Below, piece after piece: positions 27,172 through 39,140 of a stretch of 64,000 bases of DNA. Source of the DNA: Podarcis liolepis (lineage: Eukaryota); the NCBI GenBank assembly GCA_965112155.1, contig OZ218106.1. The stretch is one strand, 5' to 3'. The notes beneath the pieces are model-generated. The model was not told where the DNA came from and made no database searches. It saw only the letters and a list, made by a program, of their open reading frames with translations. The first letter of the stretch is position 1, and every line of letters starts with the position of its first letter. The position numbers and the translations under genes are program-made.

Positions 27172-27300
27172 CTTGCGTGCCTGCTCGAATGGGGACAGAC
27201 ATTTGTGTTTCATGTGGCGTGCCGTGAGTTTGAACTGGAAAGGCCGAAATCTGTAATCATATGTCAGCATGGAATTGATCGCCGCTTCTGTGAAGCGAAG
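27172..27300 (+). CDS. BLTP1: BLTP1 exon w21 (LACLLEWGQTFVFH...RRFCEAK)
   Basis: ttgcag|CTT...AAG|gtaaag. Confidence 0.95.
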
Positions 27301-27848
27301 GTAAAGCCTAGCTACAATCTGATATTTTCTAGCTATATTTTGGTAAGATAAATTGGTCATGTAAGAAATAGGTGAACATTTGGAGGTTAATGCCCTTCCA
27401 GCTTTATTAGTAGTTGTGGCGAAGCCCCTCCCCCACCACCATTGCTGCCACTTGCTCATGAAATGGGTGAAATACTTTGTACACATTGGAATTCATAAAC
27501 TAGATTGATGCAAGCTTCTGAAATAAATAAATTCTTTAAATCCATGCCTCCCCTTTTTGTGGAAAACAGAAATGCAGTTGCAGCATTCAAAATGGCAATA
27601 TGGAAGAGAGGGATTTCTTAAAAAGTTAAGATATTATGCAGAAAAGTAAGACACCCCCTTCCCAGGACACCAGTTTTCCTGTTTAGAAGGTGGAAATCCT
27701 GTTCGCATGTTCCACAGTTTGCAGAAGAATAATCACTGTTCTCATGCCTTTTAAATGATACCAAGGAGAATATGTAATTATGTCCTTTTCTTTTCTTTTC
27801 TTTTCTTTTCTTTGCATAATTGTGTTTTCTGTTCCAAATATTCTTTAG

Positions 27849-27968
27849 ATAAGTTGCATCTCAGGCCCTTGTCCAACATCAGATGCATTAAAGTACACTA
27901 TGACACGACTTGCAGTAGATGGGGCAGATATATACGTTGTAGAACATGGTTGTGCCACTAATATAAAG
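27849..27968 (+). CDS. BLTP1: BLTP1 exon w22 (ISCISGPCPTSDALKYTMTRLAVDGADIYVVEHGCATNIK)
   Basis: ctttag|ATA...AAG|gtaggt. Confidence 0.95.
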
Positions 27969-28208
27969 GTAGGTGTTCTTTTCATATCTCATGACCCTTC
28001 ATTTCTGTAGTACTGTAATTCTAAAACATTATTTTACACTTTTCTTTAAAAGAATAAGCTGTTGCTATTACATAATGTGCTTGGGAAGGAGGTGCTTGAG
28101 GAGGGAGGGACATGGGTAATGCCATCCAAATTTCATTTATCATGGGTAGGGGGAGAGGCAGACTTTTTACTGCTACCTACTGATATTTTCTCTCTCTTTA
28201 ACTTTTAG

Positions 28209-28489
28209 ATGGGTGCTGTACGCCTTGCCAATTGTAACCTCCACAATCAGTCTGTTGGTGAAGGTGTAAGTGCTGCCATTCAAGACGTCCAGCTACGACA
28301 ATACATTGAGCAAGTGAACAGTTGCCGAGTTGGCCTTCAGCCTGCAGTGCTGCGGAGAGCATATTGGCTAGAAGCAGGGTCAGTCAATTTGGGCCTTATC
28401 ACTGCTGATGTTGCTTTAGCAGCAGATCACCATTCTAAGCATGAAGCACAGAGACATTTTTTGGAAACTCATGATAACAGAACTAAGAG
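28209..28489 (+). CDS. BLTP1: BLTP1 exon w23 (MGAVRLANCNLH...THDNRTKR)
   Basis: ttttag|ATG...AAGAG|gtaaga. Confidence 0.95.
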
Positions 28490-28808
28490 GTAAGAGAAGC
28501 TACAGGTGAAAAAATGTCTTTAAGTAGTCATATGGGTCTAAAAGTGAAAATGTGGCCATGCTTAATGGGCTATTGAATGATGCACAAGTGAAATGCTTAT
28601 ATTTAGGATTTTGCATGAATAAATCTTAAGTACTTTGCTAATAACTAGAATAAATATACTAAGGCAGAATTTTGTCATTGTGATTTAATGGGCTCCATGT
28701 TTAGGAGTTGATGTACTAAACCATGAGAGTTAGTGACAAGGATTTTTGGGGAGTGGGGTAATTTAATTTTATGCTGCAACCCCCATGCCATAGCCTAAGT
28801 CTTTAGAG

Positions 28809-28945
28809 CAGCAGTTCTCAACCTGTGGGTCCCCAGATGTTGTTGGACTACAACTCCCATCACCCTTAGCTAGCAAGGCCAGAGCTCAGGGATGATGGGA
28901 GTTGTAGTCCAACAACATCTGGGACCCACAGGTTGAGAACCGCTG
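28809..28945. mobile_element. Palindromic hAT MITE
   Basis: Nearly fully self-complementary; perfect 8-bp TSD ctttagag. Confidence 0.92.
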
Positions 28946-29187
28946 CTTTAGAGGCACGCTCCCATTATTTTTAGTGACAGTTGGCTTCCTTAAGCACCTG
29001 TCTGCTTTTAAAAAACATCCAACCCAGCCTTCTTAATCTGTGCAGATTAATTTGCTTGTTTGGCTAAATGGGTGAAATAATTAGCCTCAATTTCTGTGAA
29101 AGTTTGGAGGCTAGTAGCACTTGGAATCATATTATTCCATTGAATTAAAATATGCCTCTTTTTAAAATGTTACCTTTTCTTTTGTAG

Positions 29188-29438
29188 GTTATGGTTTTTA
29201 TGGCCAGATGATAATACAAAGAATAAGAGAAGTAAGAACAAGTGTGGCTGTCTTGGAGGTTGTAGGTTTTTTGGTGGCACAGTTTCAGGATTAGACTTCT
29301 TCAAGCTTGAAGAGCTGACACCCTCAAGTAGCTCTGCTTTTTCAAGTACAAGTGCCGAATCAGATATGTTTTATGGACAATCTTTGCTACAGCCTGGAGA
29401 ATGGATTATTACCAAAGAGCTTCCCAAAATTATGGATG
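29188..29438 (+). CDS. BLTP1: BLTP1 exon w24 (LWFLWPDD...KCGCLGGCRFFGG...KELPKIMDG)
   Basis: ttgtag|G...GATG|gtaatt. Confidence 0.95.
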
Positions 29439-29884
29439 GTAATTAGTGTGTGTGTGTCTGTACAAATGCATATACTTGACAAAATATTAATATATTTTGG
29501 AGATTATTTAGCATCATAGTAAATAATTTCCCATTTAACACTAGCTAGCTAGTGGCATAAATAAAATAGCCATTATTTAGGGGAAAGTGATATAAAGAGA
29601 TGTCACTGAAATACTGTTGATGTTATGATTATTGCTACATATATAATTAAATTGGTATGCCTAGTTTCTAATATTGGAGATGATAATGTGTTGTACTGTA
29701 AAAAAATATTCCAAATTGGTAACTGGGTTGATTCATGGATAGCTTGTTACAATTTCTACAAAAATTACAAATAAAACATATATGTACTTGCTCCTCAAAT
29801 CCTTTTTACCAAGAACAAAGGGAAAGTGCTGATACCTTTATTATTGACTGTTTTGTATACAATATTTTCTTGCTTTGTTCTTAG

Positions 29885-30140
29885 GCAAGGCAAATGGCAT
29901 TAAAAGGAAAGATTGGGAATGCCGAACTGTGGGAATAGAAGAAAGAAAATCTCAGCACCTGAATTTACAAGTACCGCTACGATCTCATAGTTCTTCCTCC
30001 TCTTCAGAAGAGAATAGTAGTTCTAGCGCTGCACTCCCCTTGCTTGCAGGTGATAGAGAAAGCCCTTCTTCCGCTGTTGAAGACCACTTGGGGCAAAAGG
30101 AGTTCTTGGCAGGTGCAAAAAGAGAAGATGCCCATGGAAG
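29885..30140 (+). CDS. BLTP1: BLTP1 exon w25 (GKANGIKRKDWE...SHSSSSSSEENSSS...EDAHG)
   Basis: tcttag|GC...GGAAG|gtgaat. Confidence 0.93.
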
Positions 30141-30799
30141 GTGAATATGCTGCTTCTCAATGTTCATTTACTACACAACAAAAGCTTTGGCTATAGAACG
30201 TAAAAACATTTGTGGCAAAGCTAGCAACAGATAGTACCCAACTAACTTGTTCCAGCAGTGCAAAGATTTCCTTGTGGGCAGCATTCATCCCCCCTATGAG
30301 TGCTCCCTATATCTATTCTGGATTTCTCCCCAACACTCCAGAGCAGATTTGGGGAGGACAAGGAGAGGAGGGGTAAAGTTATTTGGCGCAGGTTGGAATC
30401 CTAGTGCTGACAAAATGGCTGATTTTGATGCTACCCATCAAGTCTAGACTTGTTGCTTCCTTGCTATGTAGAGCACTGGAGGAGTGAAGGGCAGGAGAGA
30501 GGAACCATTAGCTTATACTGTGTATGGATTATATATAGTGGCTACTGTCCAGTCCATTATATACTGTATACTGAAGATACATTGAAAATAAATTGGGACT
30601 TTAGCAGGTGCCACAGTTTGTGGAATTGTGACCTTTGTTTAATCATTTATTGTAATCTTTTGTGAATCCCGTGATTATGGATTATATGCAAATTTATTTC
30701 TTCAAATCATTCATATTCCACTGTTCAACTGGAAAGTTTCTTCTTATTATAGAGAACATGTGTATCATTATTGAGAAGAATGTTTTCTCCCCCTTCTAG

Positions 30800-31643
30800 T
30801 TCTGCAGCAGAAGGTTCGGAAAGTAGTCCTGTATCTCCTAACCTCCAAGAGAGACCTGTTGGACAATCTCCTCTTAGATCTCCTTTGAAACGGCAAGCAT
30901 CAGTATGTTCTACTCGACTTGGAAGTACCAAAAGTCTTACTGCAGCCTTCTATGGAGATAAGCAACCTGTTCCAGCTGGTGTGCAGTTCAGCAGTGATGT
31001 CTCCCGCAGTGATGAAAATGTCTTAGACTCTCCAAAGCAAAGGAGAAGCTTTGGTTCATTCCCATATACCCCTTCTGCAGACTCAAATTCATTTCATCAG
31101 TATCGCTCCATGGACTCCAGCATGTCAATGGCTGATAGCGAAGCCTACTTTTCAGCAGCTGAGGACTTTGAACCCATAAGCAGCGACGAGGGTCCAGGAA
31201 CGTATCCTGGGAGAAAAAAGAAGAGAAAGCAAGCCAAGCAAATTGATTATGGGAGAGGCTCAATCTATCACAGTGTAGAAGGACCCTTGACTACTACATT
31301 GCATGGAGAAACTAGTCACGATCCAAAGGTCATACCAATAAAAACTCATCCCTCCCAAGCGTCATTTGTTTCTGCTTTGGGAGTAGAAGATGAACTTGTA
31401 GAGCATTTATATGTCATAGAAGCTGAGAAGGCTCCAGAGAATGAGCAAATTACTTCCCAGCAGCCTGTCATGAACTGCTACCAAAGTTACCTTACCCAGT
31501 ACCAAGTGGTTAACTGGTCAGTCAAACATCCAACAAACAAAAGAACCTCTAAATCATCCTTACATCGCCCTTTAGATCTTGACACTCCGACTAGTGAGGA
31601 AAGTTCCTCATCTTTTGAACAGCTTTCTGTCCCAACCTTTAAG
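30800..31643 (+). CDS. BLTP1: BLTP1 exon w26 (844 nt, Ser-rich; SAAEGSESSPVSP...LSVPTFK)
   Basis: ttctag|T...AAG|gtaaaa; ORF 30771..31679; the downstream CAGs at 30807/30810 are out of frame. Confidence 0.95.
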
Positions 31644-32160
31644 GTAAAAAATAGCACAGTGAATTTGAAATCAATTTAAAGGAAAGCAAGCACTTGAATG
31701 GGTTGTAAAAAATGCATGGGGAGTGCATAGTTTTAGTGAATCTTTGTTACGGTGAACTTTGAAATGACTTGCTAATGTTATATAAAATAATTATCATGGA
31801 TAAGTGTGTTGGAATTAAAGTTGTAACTTGGGAAATGGGAATGAGTTAGGGTTAGATACATAATTACATAGCAGTCTGTTAAATGGTTAGCATACCTGCT
31901 TTACCAAAAAACAATTCACTTCAGTCCTTCACAGCCATACGTACATTTTGTTTGAATTGTGAATCAGTAAACAAGAGCTGCAATATTCTGTTGTAAATCT
32001 CTTCAAAGTGTTCACAAGACTGATTTTCATGAAGAAGTGCTCTAATTGGGTTTCTATTTCAAGATTCAGTCAGGGCGTTTTGTATCTATTAAATATGTGG
32101 TTTTGTGTAACATCTTTACAAAGTATCGATCCATTGAACACTTAAGACTTATGTGTCTTG

Positions 32161-32312
32161 TTAGAATCATAGAATTGTATAGTTGGAAGTTACCCCAAGC
32201 ATCATCTAGTTCAGACCCCTGCAGTGCAGGAATCCTGCCCACAACCGTATCTTGGTGGGCTCGAATCAGCCAACCTCCTGGTTAACATCCAGACACACTG
32301 ACCCCTTGTGTT
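32161..32312 (-). mobile_element. Short tRNA(Asn)-like SINE with CR1 tail (P.s.1/SINE-like)
   Basis: Minus strand reads ...gatgttaaccaggaggttggctgattcgagcccacc (tRNA-Asn anticodon/T arm-like) joined to attcctgcactgcagggg...aattctatgattcta. Confidence 0.65.
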
Positions 32313-32560
32313 GCTTTCAAGCAATGTTTTTAAAAGTATAACGTGGAATTATGTGGTGCTCTTGTTTGTTTGCTTTTTAACAAATCTGTATCATCAGTGC
32401 AGATTTCAGCTGTAAATTCAACTGTAAAGTCAAATGTACACATGTAGCAGTGTTCATAGTGATAGGGGAAATACAAATAGGATATTGCATGTTAAACTCC
32501 TATATGGGTTGTAAGGTTAAAACCCCTAGAACAGAAGTAATAAGAAATTTTCTCTTCTAG

Positions 32561-32631
32561 ATTGTTAAGCAGGGTCTCACAGCGAATGCTCTCCTGGACA
32601 GAGGTATGCAGTTTACAGGATCAACATCTAA
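32561..32631 (+). CDS. BLTP1: BLTP1 exon w27 (IVKQGLTANALLDRGMQFTGSTSN)
   Basis: ttctag|ATT...TCTAA|gtgagt. Confidence 0.95.
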
Positions 32632-32927
32632 GTGAGTAACAAATTGCAATATGTTTGTTATATTGTAAAAATCAAGTTCCCTTCCTGTGCACTTGAAAGA
32701 CGGTGGCACTGCTTCTGTTGGATGCAGCCCTACACTACAAAAGGGTATATGTAAAAACCATGACCATGTCAACAGGGCTGAATCTTTCCCACCCAGTTGC
32801 CACCCTTCTTCTGAATGAGATGCTAATTGTCTCATATTCCCATGCACACCATGGATTTGCACACCACTCAAGCAGCTTCCATGCTGCTTGAAGCATATAA
32901 GAAGGGAATCTTAAAAATAGGCTGATA

Positions 32928-33153
32928 CAGTGGTACCTCGGGTTACAGACGCTTCAGGTTACAGACTCTGCTAACCCAGAAATAGTATCCCGGGTTAAGA
33001 ACTTTGCTTCAGGATGAGAACAGAAATCGTGTGGCGGCAGCGCAGCGGCAGCAGGAGGCCCCATTAGCTAAAGTGGTGCTTCAGGTTAAGAACAGTTTCA
33101 GGATAAGAACGGACCTCCAGAATGAATTAAGTTCTTAACCCGAGGTACCACTG
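32928..33153. mobile_element. Tc1/mariner (Tigger-like) MITE
   Basis: Perfect 18-bp TIR cagtggtacctcgggtta/taacccgaggtaccactg; TA TSD. Confidence 0.93.
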
Positions 33154-34402
33154 TATGGGAAATAATTCTTTTTCTTTGAGTCTTCACCAGTTTGAACAAT
33201 TTCCCCCATTTTGCAGTAAGGACTATACTGATCTATAAGACCAGGGCATCATTAAACATGCTTCTGCTTTCCAGAATCTCTCAAAGTATGGTGCTGAATC
33301 AGAGATAGACGTCTTTCCTGTTCCTTTCCAATGATCCCTGTGTTAAAATTCTGTTTGCTTTGAAATATCCTTGCAGTTTGATGCTGTTAGACTAAAGAGC
33401 AAAGTGTACCTCCCCATTGGCTATCTGCTCTAAGCACAAATGGCTTTTCAGGGGATTATGGAAATGATTGTGAAACATTCTACCATCTGACAGATAAAAA
33501 GCATGCACAGGCTTGATAAGTGGTGCCAGACTGTGTAAATGTGAGAGTCTTATGTGTCATTTTCCTTACTTTTGTTCCCGATTAAAAATTTCTCATTCAG
33601 GGTAGCTTGTTTATGATGATGAATCAAGGCATGCTGCTTTCAAAACAAATTTCAGTCATTGGAGCTGTTAATAATCTCATGCATACTAGTCACTTGCAGT
33701 TTGCTTTCCATAATGCATGCAGTCATGTACAACTCAGCATGTAGAAGCTGTTTAATGCTGACACTGTTGAGATTGTACTCGGATTTCTTTGAAGCATAAA
33801 GCTTGCAAGCTCTCTTTAGATAACCCACATTTCTTCCCTAGCATCTTTTCCCCTTTGAATGTCTGTGTAATGCTTTGTAGTACATTTCATTAGTCATATT
33901 GGGCTGAGTCTTCTAGGAAATACTGAAGGAGACAAAAGAAGTATATGTGCCCCGTGGGTACTAGTAATCTCTGATTTATATTGTGACTAAAGGCACTTGC
34001 TAATTGGCTAAAGCAATTATGCCTTTAATGTCCTGAACTGACAGCATAAACTACATCCTTATTTACGAATCACTGAATTATGAACCAAAAATATGTTTTT
34101 GAGGTTAGGTTAAGCTAGTCATTTGAGAAAACACCCAACAAATAAATGTGCCAATGCTGCAGTCTTACTGGGATTCTTATCTTTGTGATTGAATTGGCCT
34201 TGTGTGAACACCTGCCATTCTTCAAATTAGACAGCTTATTAAACTCTCTCACCTTGTGCTCTTAGCACTGCAAGATAGTTGTATCTTGAAAAGAGGGTTA
34301 GCCAAATAAATGCTTCTAATAAATTCTGCTGTATCAAGTAACAATAGAAAGCAGCTGCATATTTTCTTTAAAAACTAATAATTTGTACTTTTGTTTGTTT
34401 AG

Positions 34403-34576
34403 TAACCCGTATACTCCCTTGGATAAGAAAATCCTTGATAATACAGATGATGAAACAATAACGGAAGAATGGACGCTCGATCACCCAGTTTCCCAGACAC
34501 GAACAACAGCTATTGTGGAAATAAAAGGAACTGTGGATGTAGTTCTCACGCCTCTTGTAGCAGAAGCTTTAGACAG
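34403..34576 (+). CDS. BLTP1: BLTP1 exon w28 (NPYTPLDKK...LVAEALDR)
   Basis: gtttag|T...GACAG|gtattt. Confidence 0.95.
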
Positions 34577-34710
34577 GTATTTCACATTTTGGGGAGAAGA
34601 ATGAACCTAACAGTCTGAACTTATAGCAAATAGCTATATGGGCCTGTTGCAGTAGCACAAGTCATGGTGTTGTTTTTGTGCTTCAAATGGTCAAGGATAA
34701 CCAACCTCCA

Positions 34711-35654
34711 TGTTGACATGGTAAAGTAATGCTGCATGTCAGCCCAATCTCTGAGTGGTGTGAGGTTCCAGGTGCTTACCCAGGGTTCATGTTTCCTTTT
34801 GCAAATGAGGCACGGCGGCAACTATGATGTTTTTAGGATATATGATTTATTTATACATATATACAACCTGAGCCTATAATAGAGCAGTTCACAGCATCAA
34901 CACCCCAAAAGGGTCTTGTTTCTCCAATAGCCACAGCCTTGGATTCAAACAGTTTGCTGCTTTACTCTAGGCCACCTCTCTGCACTCTCAGCTCCAAACT
35001 CTGGGTTCAACTTCTAACTAACTAAGCTGGGGGAGTGGGTCACCCATTTGCCATCTCACACAAAGCCTCTCTCCTTTGTTTCCCTTAATGGCCGATCACC
35101 CAGGCTATTGCCTCATCACAGGAAGCTAGCCTGACATATTTTAAGAAATGAGTTGCAGCCAAATAAGGATCACTTCAATGTCCTTTCTTATCTGTCTCAC
35201 TGGAACTAGAGATATCTCTCCCTCTTGCATGGTCGAAATACTGTGGTTGCAAAACACCAGTATTAATGAGAGGCTGCCACTTCTGCTTGCTCTGCTCACC
35301 AACCCTTCCTACCCCATTTCCCTTCCCCCCACACCTTACCAACCTCCTCCTTTTATACCTTATCCACCCCCTTGCCTATCCCTCTCCAGCTTGACCCAAG
35401 CCCCTCCCCTATTGTCCCACACCCTTTTTAAGGAATAGGGAAGCACTTTGCACAATAGTTTGCTAAACCGCTAGGTGAAGGGCCTCTCTCTGTTAAACAG
35501 CTTGCTTGGGCCTACCTGCCCTTCCTCATGTTGATATGACTGGCTGTTGGCAAGCGAAGTGAACTGCAGCGTGTGACAACACATTCCGTTTTTAAGAATA
35601 TAGGAAGATAATTTGTAGCACATGCCAAGGCTTAAATGTTCGTGTTGTGCCACA
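34711..35654 (-). mobile_element. Probable solo LTR (944 bp), antisense to BLTP1
   Basis: TG...CA termini, 5-bp TSD ctcca (34706-34710/35655-35659), minus-strand TATAAAA (35357-35351) upstream of AATAAA (34851-34846). Confidence 0.7.
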
Positions 35655-36131
35655 CTCCAGTGATGCAACACACTGACTTGTTCTGATCCTGACAGAGACC
35701 CTACCCCTTTATCCCATGTTCTGCCAGACCATAAAAGGTTGGGAGAAGCATACGGCTGCCAAAGGTGAAATTTAGTTAAGGAAAGGGACCCACAAAAGCA
35801 GATCACTATTGTCTCTTTGCAAGGATTGATTGGAGGGCTTCCCATGTATTGAGGAAGCACAAGACTCCTGCTTGGTGTTTGTAGGAGAACCTAATATTTG
35901 TGGAAATTTGATCAGTTGCCAGAATCAAATGTCTAGGTTCAGAACTGGCAAATGGTTTTAGAGAAAAGGTTTAGACTCAACTTGCTTCAGTTTCTCCCCT
36001 TCCCATCGTCCCCACCCGCACCCATATTTTTCTTTAGAAGATAAGCTAATAAATGTTTGTAACCTATGTATGGTTCGTGTCTTGATTTTATTTCTTATGA
36101 ATGAGATTGTTTTGAACTAATTTTCCTACAG

Positions 36132-36252
36132 GTATATAGAGGCAATGGTTCACTGCGCTTGCACGTGTCACCCTGCAGCCATTGTGGATGATTTACATTG
36201 TAAGGTCCTCAGAGAAGCTGTACAGAACAGAAAAACAACCTTCTCAGAAAAT
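36132..36252 (+). CDS. BLTP1: BLTP1 exon w29 (YIEAMVHCACTCHPAAIVDDLH...TTFSEN)
   Basis: ctacag|G...AAT|gtatgt. Confidence 0.95.
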
Positions 36253-36538
36253 GTATGTTTATTATGTCATAGTATCTTTACTAAATGCATAAGGTTTATT
36301 CACAGAAGGTGGGGTTGGAAAGGAAATAGCCATGGTGATGTTTGTTTCTGTCTCTCTTTTGTAAGTAGTAGTGGTCTGCTTCAGAACGGGGAGAGACACC
36401 ACAGCTTTTGATTATGTTATTTTGCTTTAGTTCCTGCCCTAAAAGATCTTTCTGAACTTTCTGAATTATGTGCCATTTTTACTTCTGCTAGCTTAAACGG
36501 GCTAAACGGAGCACTAACTGGCATCACTTTCTCCCCAG

Positions 36539-36682
36539 CTGTCCTCCAAGCAGGATATCAGAGGAACAAAAATAGAAACCCCTGCTGCAGGAACAACACA
36601 AGTAAAAACACAGACAAATCTTTCTCTCAAGCAAGATAATGTGACCATTAAAGGTCTTCAAGCCAATGTTTCACTGCCCAAG
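36539..36682 (+). CDS. BLTP1: BLTP1 exon w30 (LSSKQDIRGTK...ANVSLPK)
   Basis: ccccag|CTG...AAG|gtaaca. Confidence 0.95.
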
Positions 36683-37017
36683 GTAACAAGCAATATGACC
36701 AAGTAAACTTGCAAGACGGGTAATTTTATGCATTAGCTTAATGTTGTATCTTATTGTGCCAGCAGCATGGAGTGGGGCACCAAGGCATAAAATGGAGAGC
36801 TGTGTGGGGACAAGACACTCCATTTTTCTTGATCCCACTTCAGACAAGATAGTTTGGCTGTTCAGTTAACATTGTTATTTTAGCAGCATTTGGGTGAAGT
36901 GATATTCAGGTTGTTGTTGATTTTTCTGGATTCAGTGGGATGAAAAGTAAGCCTTGTTTTATATCCTTAAAGAACACGGTAAAGGTTTTCATTATTCTTT
37001 TGGATCGCTTTTTGTAG

Positions 37018-37145
37018 GTAAACTTGTGTTTACTGCAAGCGTCAGTGGAAGAATCGTCAGGCACAGCTGCAAGCAAAAATGTTACCCATGTTTCTTTAGT
37101 GGCTTTGTGTTTTGATAGGATTGCTACACAGGTTCGTATGAACAG
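37018..37145 (+). CDS. BLTP1: BLTP1 exon w31 (VNLCLLQASVEE...ATQVRMNR)
   Basis: ttgtag|GTA...AACAG|gtaagg. Confidence 0.95.
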
Positions 37146-37610
37146 GTAAGGGAGTACCTTTTATAATTCATAGGGTCTGTGTGTAGTCACATAGCAGATC
37201 TTAATAAACTTCCCGTCAAGCAATTTCTTGATAGCGACTTCTTCCTAAATTAGAAATTAAGTCTCAAACTGAGATGGAAAAAGAAAGGAATGGGTTCAAA
37301 TCATTCCAGATTTTCTCAAAATGAGTGCAGTGTAGATTTCTGGGGAAAACGTTATGAATACGTTAAAAACGGTTTAACCAGCTTGTCCTATGTATGATAG
37401 GCATTTCATATTAGACTATATAGGGCAGACTTGTGGTGTGTATCTTGCAGTAGTGACTGTGAGAACTATGACTTTCACCTGATTGCCCTGATCAGTTATT
37501 GTTGTTTGCTATTAGCATTTATTTAGGCAACAAAAGCACTTGAATTGTAAATATGTTTGCTGATGGTACAAATTAAGAAACAACTAAAATATTTCCTTTT
37601 TATTTAAAAG

Positions 37611-37813
37611 GGGTGTTGTTGAAGAAAATCCAAACAGTACCGAAACGAGGAGAAGCTCCGTAACTTTTGACAAGTATGTCCATACCAATAAAATGCAGCC
37701 TCAGTCTTCTGGTTCTCTGCGATCAAATGCTGGAGCAGAGAAAGGAAAAGAAATTGCAGCAAAGCTTAATATTCACCGTATTCATGGGCAACTCAGGGGC
37801 CTTGATACAGCAG
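37611..37813 (+). CDS. BLTP1: BLTP1 exon w32 (GVVEENPNS...LRGLDTA)
   Basis: taaaag|G...GCAG|gtaaac. Confidence 0.93.
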
Positions 37814-38072
37814 GTAAACTTGCTTGTAATCCTAGTTTCAAAGAGTTTCCACTACGAAACACTTATCAGAACTGCATTACCCATTTCTTGTTAAAATTTA
37901 CTCATTGCAGCAAATTTTCACTGTTGGAATAACATCTAGCCATAGCACAATGGCCTAAAATGTGCACTGCTCTAGTCTTCTGTCTTGAACTGTATCTACA
38001 TTCCCACAAATGAAATAAATAACATTTTACTGGACAGCTATACTGATATCAACAATATTTTCCTCCCTGCAG

Positions 38073-38270
38073 ATATTGGGACCTGTGCCATAACAGCGAT
38101 TCCTTTTGAAAAATCAAAAGTCCTTTTCACATTGGAAGAGTTGGACGACTTTTCATTTGTAGATGAAACGGATCATCAGGCAGTTCCAGATGTAACACGG
38201 ATAGGTCCCAGCCAAGAGAAATGGGGCTGGATAATGTTTGAGTGTGGAATCGAAAACTTGACAATAAAAG
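38073..38270 (+). CDS. BLTP1: BLTP1 exon w33 (DIGTCAITAIPFEK...ENLTIK)
   Basis: ctgcag|AT...AAAG|gtaaag. Confidence 0.95.
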
Positions 38271-38356
38271 GTAAAGCAACATATTGGACCATTTCTTTTG
38301 TGCCCTAACATAATAAATTGAGCAAACCAACATTTCCCTCTTTCTTATACTTCTAG

Positions 38357-38568
38357 GTGGCAGACAGTCTGGTGCTGTTTTATATAGTACATTTGGGAAC
38401 ATGGGTAAATCTTCAGCTGCAGAAAGGGGTGGATTGCTTGCATCCAACAATTCTTCTGATTCTCCAACCGGTAGTGGTTACAATACGGATGTCTCTGACG
38501 AAAATCTCCCCTGTGATCAGTTAAGTGCTGCATCAGACACTCATCCAAATTCCATTTCAGATGAGCAG
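38357..38568 (+). CDS. BLTP1: BLTP1 exon w34 (GGRQSGAVLY...SISDEQ)
   Basis: ttctag|GT...CAG|gtgaga; the preceding intron is 86 nt. Confidence 0.95.
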
Positions 38569-38920
38569 GTGAGACATGTTTTCTTTTTTCTTTATATACA
38601 TACATATACATATATATACTGATTTTGACAAAGTAATCATAAATAAATAACCTCTTGCGATAGTTTGACCCCTTTCCGTTTTAACAGTACAAGGCATGTT
38701 TTCTATTGCTCTTGTTCGGGTAGCAACACATTTTCTTATTTGCTAAATGGATCTGATTTTCCTGCCATTGCTCACTTTGGATGCATCCCACTGGGAAAGC
38801 ATGCAATCCACGAGCACTTTCAGAATATTTTAAAGAGCTGGAAGCATTTCTTCCATTCTGAAAAACAAATTTATCTTGCACCTTTCTTTCTTCTCTCTTC
38901 CCTTTATCTTTTTTATATAG

Positions 38921-39072
38921 GATGAAGGGGTTGAATCAGATGATCTGAAAAAAGACCACCCTCTAAGGCCACCTCCACCTGATTCTTGTAGCATGAAATT
39001 GACAATCAAAGAAATTTGGTTCAGTTTTGCTGCTCCTACAAATGTGCGTTCACCTGCCCATATATTTTCAAG
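38921..39072 (+). CDS. BLTP1: BLTP1 exon w35 (DEGVESDDLKKD...PAHIFSR)
   Basis: atatag|GAT...TCAAG|gtacgg. Confidence 0.95.
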
Positions 39073-39140
39073 GTACGGTGGTTTCCACTTTAGAGTATTC
39101 AGGCTGCGTGCTATAGTCTTTTAGGCCAAACCACATGGTA

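Noticed and set aside
33377-33630. Acceptor-like sites at 33376 and 33600 in intron w27-w28
   Set aside because: Both hit a stop within 6 codons and have no convincing paired donor; a poison exon cannot be supported from sequence alone.
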